From: Lama guanicoe
Lineage: Eukaryota
DNA: 64,000 nucleotides
Direction: 5' to 3'
Assembly (NCBI GenBank): GCA_013239625.1
Contig: MU053431.1
Coordinates: 1,080,485 to 1,144,484 of the forward strand
In this document: positions 49,520 to 60,010 of the stretch, one piece after another
Numbering within the stretch: position 1 is the first letter of the stretch
Layout: every line of letters begins with the position of its first letter
Notes under the pieces: generated by a model
What the model was told of the DNA's origin: nothing
Databases searched by the model: none
What the model saw: the letters and a program-made list of their open reading frames with translations, nothing else
Program-made: the position numbers and the translations under genes

Positions 49520-50800
49520 ATGTACATTGTAACATTCAGAAATACAGAGCGGTAACAGGAATGAAGTCAAATCAAGTAGCTTGAGACTCCCTGGGGACAG
49601 AGAAAGCTAGACTTCACATCCCCACCTGCCTCCTTCCCATCTCTCTCTCCTTTAAAAAGGGGGCTCGCACTGCGTTGATGCTCTGGTGCCGTTTCTCCAC
49701 TTGCTGTTATTTTGTGAATTTCTCCACGTCTCGAGGAGTAGCTTTTAACGACATGTGATGTCCCAAGACGTGAGCGTAGAGTGAAGCGTCTGACATATTT
49801 ACTCCTGCCCAGAGGTTTCCTGGCGCTTTCACTACTTCGCGTTTGCGTACCGTTATCACAGAAGCAACGCCGGTGAACATCCCTGTCGGGGTTTTACCCA
49901 CACAGAGTTTCATGGCGACAGATCTCCGCCTGTGGGGTAATTGGGTCAAAAGCGAGGACCATTTCTGAGGCTCTCGGTAGTCGATGGCAGAGGGCCGGTC
50001 CCAGCAGTGGTGACCCTGCCCGCGTCAGCGCGTCCAGCAACCAGTCCCGCCAACGCCCTGCCCGGCGCGGGCTCTCACCAGCCCATTCCCGGAGCAGCCC
50101 CCTGCTCTCGCCGTGCCCATTTCTAAACAAAGTAGCTGGAGTTGAGAGAGATTAAGGGACTTGCCCCAAGTCACACGAATCTTTGAAGCCGTTAAATGTA
50201 AGACACCTGGTTGGTTTAACCCCAAACCCCACGCCTGCTACCAGCACCCTCTCCAGACTCAACAGCCTCTTCAGCGCTGGGGATCAGTTTTGCTTAATCT
50301 TGTCAGCTTGATGGGTGAGGAAGACACGTCGCTTTAACGCGCACTGTCTGGTTACTGGAAGACGTGAACGCTTTTCATGCGTTTGCTGATCCTTTGCATT
50401 TATTCTGCTGTTGATTATCTATCCTTGTCTTTTTCCTGTTATAATAAAGATTCCATTTTTTCTTATTGATTTGTAAGAACTCTTTCTATGGGGAGGCTGT
50501 TAGCCCTTTGTCAGATTTGTTGTACGTTCACCAATTGCTTTTAGGGTGTGTTTTCATCAACAAGGGTTTAAATTAAAACATGAGCCCTTTTCCTTTGTGA
50601 CTTTTCCCCGATCCACCCTCCTGGCTAGTCAGCTATATTTTTTTCTTTGTTTACAGTTTCTCTACCCCTATTTAATCCTTTAATCCATTTCTTTGTAGAG
50701 ATGAGGGCCCTGCTGAATTTTTTTCCGTACCACGTAGCCATTTTTACCGACATCATCTAATCTTTCCCTGGATCCAGATTCTCTCAACAGATGCCTTTCC
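49520..50800 (-). mobile_element. Very old antisense L1 (L1ME-like) fragments, with a MIR piece at about 50130-50240
   Basis: ttcttattgatttgtaagaactcttt, taatccattt and gtaattgggtcaaaag are antisense L1 motifs. gagattaagggacttgccccaagtcacac is MIR-like. Confidence 0.6.
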
Positions 50801-50862
50801 TCTGCAAAACTTAACCAGGCTTCTTTGGCTTTTCTCTCCCCCCCCACCCCCGAATCACGCAG

Positions 50863-51039
50863 CAGAAGGGGAAGAAGAGCGCGGCTCTGGACCCCTCCCC
50901 GCCTCCGAGCGACATGCTGATGCCGTGGCCCCAGCTCCCGAGCGCCAGCGGGCTGAGGCGGCAGAAGCGAGACTGGGTCATCCCCCCCATCAACGTGCCG
51001 GAGAACTCCCGCGGGCCCTTCCCTCAGCAGCTGGTCCGG
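50863..51039 (+). CDS. CDH4: Cadherin-4 coding exon (exon 4): end of prodomain, convertase site RRQKR|DWV (50956-50970), start of EC1
   Basis: [59 protein letters not shown] contains the type I classical cadherin DWVIPPI N-terminus with Trp2. Pyrimidine tract and cag| acceptor; donor CGG|gtaagt. Phase 0 matches the previous exon. The start could alternatively be 50866. Confidence 0.95.
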
Positions 51040-51904
51040 GTAAGTGGAGACGCTGCGGCCGGCTGGGCAGCCCGCCGGCAACCTCGCAAGGTGGGTCCGG
51101 TGGGCTTGCTCCCGGAGCAGAGGGCGGGCTCTGCTCTAGGGTCAAGATTCCGCCTCTTCAGTCACGAGTATTACACAGCGCGGAGGAAAACCAGGGGCGC
51201 GGGCGGGCCTGCTGCCGTCGGGTCCTCTTCTCCGGTTACCCTCAAGTGACCTCTCTGGTGCGTGGAATGAGGTGGGTGGGGACTTGGGCCGTGGCCTTTG
51301 ACCTTGGACCCCTTTCTTTGATCTGCTTGTCACACGTCTGTCCAATGATGACTGAGACACTGAATGGAGAACAATGGTGAAGATCCTGGTGAAAAGTCAG
51401 GGGTCCTGAGACGGAGGCTGACACACCAGTGGGCAGCCCTGTCTCTTCCGCTGCTTCCCTGGTGTCACCTGCTCCCGACAGCCCCACGAGGTCACTTTTC
51501 CCAAGGGAGGGAAGGACTCACTTTACAAGTTGTGTTTCAATAACCAAGGCCATCAACTAGCATTTTCTTCTTCCCTATGAAGGAAAATTGCAGCCCAATC
51601 TGAGCGATGATTTGATGAAATGATGGTGAAAATGCCATTAAACAGTCCATCCGTTGTGGACGCCTCGCCCCGCTGTGTGGACAGGAGGGTCCCCGAGGGT
51701 CATCAAGGCGTCGTCTTCAGTCTTTGGCCTGATTAGTCTCTGGCTTCCTGTTCTTTCCGAAGCAGAAAGCTGGGGCGGTGCTTGAAATGCAGAGATGGGG
51801 TGGAGGGGGCAGCCAAGCTCGCAGGGTCCCCAGTGTGATGGCCGCCCACCACACACACCCAGTGTCGTGGCGTGAGTATCGCCCTGCCTTCACTGCGCGT
51901 GATG

Positions 51905-52700
51905 CTGGGACTTCCATAAAAAACGTATAGTGGATCTTTGTCCCTGTTTCAGGCAGGAGCCCTGAAACCTGCGGAATTTCCCAAGTAGGACTGGAAAAGA
52001 CGTCCGCGGGCGTTCACCACAAGCGCCTTTCTAGGGCAGCGGGGTCTCTGTGTGTGAGGTGTCAGGCCCGGTCGCCAGGGGGACCGACCGTGTGACTGGA
52101 GGGTGGGGCCTTCAGTTCCCGCCCCAGCTCCTGGGGCAGAGGGGCTGGGGAGTGAATCAGTCACTAACGGCCCATGATTTGATCAATCTCGCCTACATAA
52201 CAAAGTCTCCAGAAAACCCCAAAAGGATGCGGTTCGGAGGGCTTCCAGCTTGTGAACACGCGGAGATCCAGGGAGAGGAGCCCTTGGAGGGCAGGGGGCG
52301 TGGGAGCCCCGAGCCCCCTCCCCGCACCTCGCCCCGTGCCCTTCTTCCATCTGACCGTCCCTGAGTCTGTCCTTTGTAGGAAACCGGTAGCCTGGGGGGT
52401 GAGCCGCTTTTGTGAGTCCTGTGAGCTTCCCTGCAAATCAGAGGAACCGGAGGAGGGGTGGCTGGAACGTTGGACTTGTAGCCGGTCAGTCAGACAACCT
52501 GCACTGGGTAACTGGGGTCCCGGATGGGGGCCGTCTGGTGGGACTGAGCCCTAAGCTGAAGGATGGACACCCCCTGCAGGCAGACCACGTCGGAACTAAG
52601 GTAAACCTCAGGACGGCCCGCTGGTGTCGCAGGGCTGGTGTGGTGGCACCCCTGGGGTCAGAAGTGCGGAGGGCGGGCGTCGCGGGGGTAATGGAGACAT
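51905..52700 (+). mobile_element. MER21-like ERV solo LTR
   Basis: catgatttgatcaatctcgcctacataac...gagtcctgtgagcttccctgcaaatcagaggaacc...tctggtgggactgagccctaa...ccgctggtgtc. Confidence 0.7.
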
Positions 52701-53002
52701 GGAGCGTGTTTCCAGCTCTCCCCAGAGAGACAGCCGCTCTCCGGCCTCAGTCCCCCAAGGTGGGGGTTCGTTTCCAGAGCCGCCACCTCCCCCGAGCGGC
52801 CCACCCGGGTTGGAGGTGGGGGTGCGGCCGGCCTGGAGCTCTCAAGGGCCGAGACCCCAGACGGGTCCATTTGGGAGGAGGGCTCCTGCAAGTGTCCAGC
52901 CGTCTTGGATGCGCCGGAGCCAGAAGCTGCCTCTCATGTGCTCAGGGTGGAAAGCAAACTGCAAAGGGGTGAGTGAGTTTGCAGTGAGTCCAGGGCTGCA
53001 TC

Positions 53003-53188
53003 TGTGAACACGCACACACACACACACACACTACACATATACACATACACACATGTATGCATGCACACATACATATACACGTGTTCACACACAAACATAT
53101 ATACATGTACATGTATGTACACATACACGCTTACACCCATATATACGTACACATGCATACATAAGTGTACACGGATGCGTACACACAA
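53003..53188. repeat. (CA)n microsatellite grading into a CA/TA alternating tract
   Basis: Directly visible. Confidence 0.9.
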
Positions 53189-54029
53189 AGACGTTTGGCA
53201 GGCGTCTCAGCACGGCTGGAATGTTCTGCTGCCCTGGCTCTCAGGGTTTCTCGGGTTAGCAACGTCAGACAGACAGGAGCCACATTAGTACGAACACGTG
53301 GGACTTCCCTCCTCTGCGCCCATCCGTACACCGGCCTCTGACAGGCACCACGAGGGGAGGCGGCCACCGTGGGCAGAGCCCTGGTCCTGCAAGGGTTCCC
53401 AGAATCTGCTGGACGACGGCCCACGAGACACCTCCACACCTTCCGCCTGGCCCACCCCCGGTGGGCCGAGGGCTGAGAAGTCGGGCTGCTGATGGGGCAG
53501 GGAAGAGCCGGCCCTCCCCGTTCCGCAGAGGCTGGCCTCCCGCCGGGTGCTGGGGGCGTGTTGATGGGCGACGTGTCTTCTCAGGAGGCCACAGCCATGT
53601 TTGCATCCCCTGAGGGAGGGCGTCCTGGGTTTCCATCTTGAACAGCTCTGAAGCAGGGAGTGCGCCCTCCCCTGAGCACAGACCCTGCCGGATCTGGCAG
53701 GGAAGCCAGACGGCCGGAGCTCCTGAGTCCCACAGGTGCAGGTTCCTGAGGACTCTCCTTGCCGGTGGCGTTTCTAAGCTGGCGTCGCGGGGAAGGGAGG
53801 TGCGGGCATGGATTCAGGCGCCAGATGAGCCGCGGTGCACACTCCACGTGCCAGGGGCCCACGGCCACCACTGGGATGCGCTGAGGGGTGGCATCCTGTG
53901 TCTTCTGGTCTGCAGCATCGCTGTGCTTTGGGAGAACTTGTCGTCTGTTTCTCAGACACCCTGACATGGCCACCAGCCCCTGGGGGAGGCCACCCCCCAG
54001 CCGACGTCTGCACAGACACCGGCTGCGGG

Positions 54030-54305
54030 AAGGCTATGACGCTCTGACCGCTGTAACGGGCATCCCCCAAGTTTCAGAAGCCTAACCTGCTAGAGGTTCA
54101 CTTCTTGTTCCTGGGCGTGAGGGGTGGCCCCTGTGCTACAGCCACTCAGGTCCCCAGAGTGAGGGCCGCAGGATCGGCCGGCCCGAGACGCAGCATGCAC
54201 CCATCCGGTCTGAACTCCACTGACCAAAACCCCATCACGTGGCCTCGCCTAACTGCAGGGGACCCCGGGGGTACGCAGCCCAGCTCTGTGCCCAGGGGAG
54301 GGGTA
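54030..54305 (-). mobile_element. MLT1K-like LTR fragment
   Basis: gctgtaacgggcatcccccaagtttcagaagcctaa...atcacgtggcctcgcctaactgcagggg. Confidence 0.5.
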
Positions 54306-56889
54306 CATGTGGAGACCGGCTGTCCCTCAGGGAACGGTGGGTGTCCTTTCCTTTCTGAGGGCCCCACTGCGCCAGGAGGGGCAGCCCTCGGTGAGTGTGC
54401 AGACCGAACCTGGCAACCCTGCTGCGAGCCTGGTATCTCTTCAGCCCGCTGCCCTGCTTCGCCTTCTCCGTGATCTGCCGCCATACGTGATTTGTTCATC
54501 GAAGGACAGGCCTCCTGAAGGCAGAGGCCCTGCCTGTATCTCTAGTGCTGCAAACATTAGGTGCTGCGTGTGTTGAATGAATGAATGAAGCAGTGCACGA
54601 GCGAGTGAGCGGTTGGAGCGATCCCAATGGTGAACTTGTGCTGGGTGCCCGTTGGCTCCCACGCCGTGGTGGCCGTGGTGCGTGGCACTGGGAGGGGGGT
54701 GTCTAGGCATTGCGAGTCCTGGCTCTCAGAGGTCCCACACGGACAGAGCACCCCCCAGAACCTCACCTGCGCTTCCCGGACGCAGGCATCCAAGCTGAGC
54801 TGGAGGTGTCTTCAGCAAGTGGAAAGCGCATCTCCATTACGGGCCCTGTAAAAGCTTTGTGTTTTCCTGATGGATTCCAAGTCGTTATGTAAGAACTCGG
54901 CCCAGGAACTCGGGCACACAAATGCACACATGCGTGCGCACACCCCCTCCCCCTCCACGTGCACACACGCACCCACGTCCTCATGGCTCACTTTCCGCCT
55001 CCCCCTCCCTCTCCCTCCCTCCTCTTCCGCCCTTTCCCCAGAGTTTGGGATGCTTTTCTGCCCTGTTTCTGTCTACAGGAAGTTGACGAGTTTCCTGTCA
55101 GTGTTTTGTGGGGGGTGGGGGGTGCTGCTCCCAAAAGAAGCCCAAATCACAGCGAGCCTGAATGCGGATTGATGGGAGCGGGGAGCCGGGGCGGAGCGTG
55201 TGGAGGTGCAGCTGGGATCAGCTGCAATTCTGTGCTCATTAAGGCATTTCATTCTGATAAAATATGTTAAATGAAAAAGTGGGCGGGAGAGGAACAGGCA
55301 GAATGTTCTTCCCAAAAAACCTCCGTTAATTGCAGGCTTTCTCCTTGGAAAGAATATCGCGTCTCCCCGTGAGCGTTGGCTCTGCCCCGCGGGGAGAGGC
55401 GCTGACCGAGGAGCGTGAGCTCGGGCGCAGAGGGGGTCCTGGGCCGGAGGGGGGCGGGGCTGCCGGGGTCCGGCATGTCCGTTGGGGGACGTGGAGCCAC
55501 GCCGTGTGGTGCGCCCACCGGAGTTAGACCGCCGTCTAAATCAGCTGTGAGTGAGGAGGGGCAGCAGCTTCACGGAGATTGTCGGAAGCTCCAGACTGTC
55601 CTTCTTCTCAGAAAGGAGGAGAAAGCAATGCACCGTCTTTAAACGAATCCCCTAGGAAGCTGGATGGAGGCTCTTCAATATGGGGGAGTCATGGAGATGG
55701 CAGGAGGGACACCCAGCAAAGGGTAACAGGAGGCCTTCCTGCTCCCAAATCCCAGCTCCGGGCTCTGGATGGAACGGTTTAGGACCATCTACAGATGCCA
55801 GGCACCGTGCAGGCTCTGGAGATTCTGAGGGGAGAGGACACAGAGTCTTCCGCGACCTCAGGGACCATCAGACAGTAAGGTTTCTGCTTGCCATTCGGAG
55901 TTCAGTCCCTCACTGTCTCGGTACGGATTCCTCCACCTGTAGATTAGAGGAGGGTTTTGAAAAGACACTTGCTTTTCTAGCATGTATGCTAGGTTTGACT
56001 TCGGGCAAGATTCAGAATGAGGCTAAAATCAAACTTTTAAAAAGAAGATGCATTTCTTAGCTGAGTCTAAAAAAATGCAGAATTTCTTAGCTTGAGAGGT
56101 TGTCCAGGGCAACGGCAGGACCTGGCCGAAGGTGATGGGGAGGAAGGTAGTGATCTTTGGAGACAAGTCTTTTGGAAGTCGACATTTTAACAGACAAGAA
56201 GTCATCCAAATGCGTCCTCGGGGCCCGGCCGCAGAGCAGGCCTGGAAAGGGAGCTCTGAAGATAGGACTCTGGAAGGGAGTCTGTGCATAATCGCTCAAC
56301 GTGAGAGAGAGTCACGCGGAGAAGGCGGGCGGAGGCTCAGTGGCGGGCGGCGTGGGCAGGGCTGTAGAAGCCAGCCCCTCCCGTCAGACAGCCCACATGG
56401 ACTAGAACCAGTGGAAGCCAAAGGTTTTCTTCGCATTTCCTTGTCAAATTTGGTTCCCATTTTGTGCCCGCACACCACATAGCCTCACACCCAACGACAA
56501 ATATTTGTGACATTTTTGCGCGAATGGAGGATGATCCGGGTTTGGGGGACAAGAGGTCAGGAGCTGGTTTTTCAATGACATGTGCTCTGGGCCGGGGTCC
56601 GCATTATGAGGTGTGTGACAGGGTGAGTGACCCCCTATCTGGTCCAGGGCAGACTCTCCTTAAACGTTCGTGGGTTGTCTGAACACATTGGGTGGAGCTG
56701 GCTGAATTTTAACTCAATGTTATTCTACAAAATGTTTCCTGGTAACCCAGCAGTGTAGTCATCACTGAGCCCACCTAGGAACATGTTCTCTGGTGCTCTG
56801 AAGGCATCCATCCATGCATGAATGACTGACGTGGTCACCACACGCTTTCTCATGGAAGCAAAATGACCTCTCGAAGCACGATGTCTGTG

Positions 56890-57300
56890 TCATTCCTCTT
56901 CCACTGTTTCCCCGTTGTCCCCAGGAGAAACCCTAACTCCTTATCAGGTCACCTGGGACCCCGTGATCTGACTTGCCCCTCACTCAGCACACCAAATTCC
57001 AGCCGTACTGGGCTACCTACAGCTCCCAGTCTGGATCACACCCTTGGTTTCCTGGAGTCCTGTGTTTTCCCCCGTACCTGAGCCTCCCCCGAGCCTGGCT
57101 ACTTCCTGCTTCCTCTAGGAATGCCCCGCTTCTCAAGACCAGCAGAGGCTCTGCCCCATTGCTTGCCGTGGTGGCAGAGTTTTTGACACTTTCGTCACCG
57201 ATTATCAGTCTGTCTCCCCCACTAAATGCAAAGGTCCTTGAAGAAGAGTCCAGCTGTCAAACACAACAATGGGGGCAGGGTAGATGTCAGTACATGAGTA
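56890..57300. mobile_element. L2-like relic
   Basis: aaaccctaactcctt...cccgtgatctgacttgccc...tctaggaatgcccc...tctgtctcccccactaaatgcaaaggtccttga. Confidence 0.5.
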
Positions 57301-57397
57301 CGTGCAACCATCACTCCCACCTCCACGGGTCAGCCTTGCAGGATCTTTACAAAGACTGTTAGGCTAGATAAATAATACTTGAAAATAATGAAATTGG

Positions 57398-59095
57398 AAG
57401 TTCAGTTTCTGGTAATGGTGTAGTAGTTTATATCAACTAACACTCCTAAAATAACACCTATAAACTGTGGGGGAAACTTTTTGTTAAAAATTATTTGAAG
57501 TTACTTGAGAGTGGTCAGTCATAAGCAGAAACTGGTGGGGACTCCACCCTTGAAAAGATCTGTGAGATCTGTGTTTATCTGACTTCCCCTCTGAGAGCTC
57601 TCCTCAGTCTGTCCTTGCATCAACGTGTGCGTAGATCTTGGGCAGAAGACCAGCCTTACTGGCCAGAGGAGTTGGAAGATGGGGGCTAGAACTGACAAAG
57701 CAGCTGGAACGTAAGAGGATAAATCCTACAAAGTAAGTAGCCAAAGCCAGATACACTTGCAGGCTCTGCCCAGCTCCTTGGCTACCCCTTGAATTCTGTG
57801 TGCACTAGGAAGACTCTAGTGAACCCAGAGAAGCGCAGCAGCTGGAAGATTGAAAGAACTGAGGAGAGACTTCAGCTTCCAGCTACTGCGTGGTGGACAG
57901 ACTTAGACTGCAGTCCAGCCAAGGTAACACCCTTCAGAGAAGGATAACAGGACCCGATTCTCTACAGTGTAGCATCTACAATGATTGCAATGATGAGCAT
58001 ACAAACAAAACTTACTAGACACACACACACACACAAAAGGAAACGTGACCCAAAATTAGGCAAAAATTGCTCATAGACTAACTCTGAAGTTATCCAGATA
58101 TTGGAATTAGCATCAAGGCCTTTAAAATATCTCTTATAAATATGCTCAAGGATTTAAAGGAAAATATGGTCAGAGTGAATGACTATATTGGTAATCACAG
58201 TAGGAAAATGGAAACTCTGAAAATATAACCAAATAGAAGTGGTGAAACTGAAGAGTGTGATGTCTCTAATGAAAACCTCACCGGGTGGACTCACAGGTAG
58301 ATTGTAGAAGGCAGAAGGAGAGGTCAGTGCATTTGAAGGTAAATCAATAAAAAAAATTATTCAGTGTGAAGAACAGCAGAGGAGAGGATTGGAACACAGA
58401 GTTTCACTGGGACAAGGCCAAGTGGCCTAATGTGTGTAACTGGAGTCCAGAGGGAGAGGAGAGAGATAATAAAATATGAAAAATAGTTGAAATTTCCCCA
58501 AATTTGGTGGAGAAACAAATTTGAAGATCCAAGAAATTCAGTGAATCCCAAGTAGGATAAATACAGACAAAGCCATACCTTGATTATTGTCAAACTGCTG
58601 GAATTCTAAAATTGGAGATAAACCCGTGAAAGCAGAGCAAAAAGGCAGCGCAGAGGACCACACTGAGAACAAGGGCTGGGTTCTCTTTAGAAGTGACGGA
58701 GACCTCTGGGCAATGGAATGGCATTTTCAAATTGCCGAATGAAAAGAAATGATCAGCCAAGAATTCTACACCCAGGAAAACAATGCCCCTCAAAATTGAA
58801 GGTGAAATGAGGACATTTCTGATGAACAAACTTAAGCTCCTCGTTGCCAGCAGGCCCACAAGAAGTGGTAAAGGTTGTTCTTTAGGCTGAAAAGAAACAC
58901 CGCCAGTTGGAAATTCAGATCGACAGGAAGGGATGGAGCGGGCAGAAAAAGATAATGTGTGGGTTAACTAAAAGATTGTATTTTTTCTCTTAACTTATGT
59001 AAAAGACAGCTAACTATTTGAAGCAAAAGCATAGCACTGCATTGTGGGGTTTGTAACTTACGTGGCTGCAGCGAACACGGCAACAACAGGACCCA
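57398..59095 (+). mobile_element. Ancient L1M 5' region / ORF1 relic
   Basis: A-rich; aattcagtgaatcccaagtaggataaatac, gaatggcattttcaaattgccgaatgaaaag and ccaagaattctacacccaggaaaac are ORF1-like. Confidence 0.78.
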
Positions 59096-59399
59096 CTGGG
59101 GACAGAGACTAATGCGGGCCGACCCCTGGGCCTGCCTGTTGGGTGGGACTATCTGGTGCCCGCTGCGGGGTGACTGGCCTTGCCCCTCTCCGGCTGTGCA
59201 CCTCCTCCTGGTGCATGGAGCCCCTCCCGCAGGTGCAAGGGGGCACTCCCCCTGGCGTGCAGAGCCCTGCTCCAGGAACAGGGGCGGGTGCTGCCTTCCT
59301 AAGGCTCGGCTACCTCCCTTCCAAGGAGCCAGCTGGGAGAAGGGGTCGGGCAGACCTGGCGGCTTTCCAAGAGGCGGAGGCTGAAGGTGCTCCAGTTCC

Positions 59400-60010
59400 T
59401 AACCCTCAAGCGGCTCTTTAAGGCCCAGCTCTCCAAAGCCAGAAACACCTGTGGGTGAGCGGACGTGAAGAAGCGAGTGTTCCCAGGCTGCAGCCCCCGG
59501 GAAGACGCCGAGAGCCGGGTGCTCCGGGCGTTCGCTTGTGTTGGGTTCTCTCCCCAACAGAAGGGTCTGTGGAGAGGGTGGAAATGCCACCTCTCCTTCA
59601 CCGCCCCGCCCACTGTCCTGGGGGCCCCTGGAGAGGAAGGAGCCAGGAACGACGGAGGAAGAGTCCAGGGGGCATCGGCGCGGCCGCGCGGGGAGACGCG
59701 GCCCCCGGGAAGGCGTGAGGCATCTGGGTGGCGCGTCACAGGCGCCACGCGGGGCCGCTCGTCGGGAGGTGCGGGGGGCTGGGGGCGCCCCCGGGCGGGG
59801 TCGGGCGCCCTCCGCCCGGCGTTGCCTGACAGCGCAGCCCCAGCCCGCCGTGCCTTCGGGACCTTCGGCCTCCGAGCCTCCTGTGATCACACGTCCCGTC
59901 GCGCCCCGGGGGAACGCACGCTGTCCTCGCAGAAGCGGACCAGCGGGAGGAGGGCGGCGCTGGAGGCATCGGCCGCCTTGGGCTCTGCGATTCAGTCCGT
60001 CGTGCACCAG
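59400..60010. promoter_or_regulatory. Intronic CpG-island-like region
   Basis: Very dense CpG (ggcgcggccgcgcgggg, gggcgcccccgggcggggtcgggcg) directly after a CpG-poor L1. Confidence 0.55.

Larger units (their letters stand above)
29903..50862 (+). other. CDH4: CDH4 intron 3 (~21 kb, GT-AG, phase 0)
   Basis: Lies between the two exons, whose translations join in frame (HSGHK|QKGKK). Confidence 0.9.

Noticed and set aside
51040..51249. Continuation of the EC1 ORF past 51039
   Set aside because: Strong gtaagt donor. The downstream peptide is not cadherin-like.
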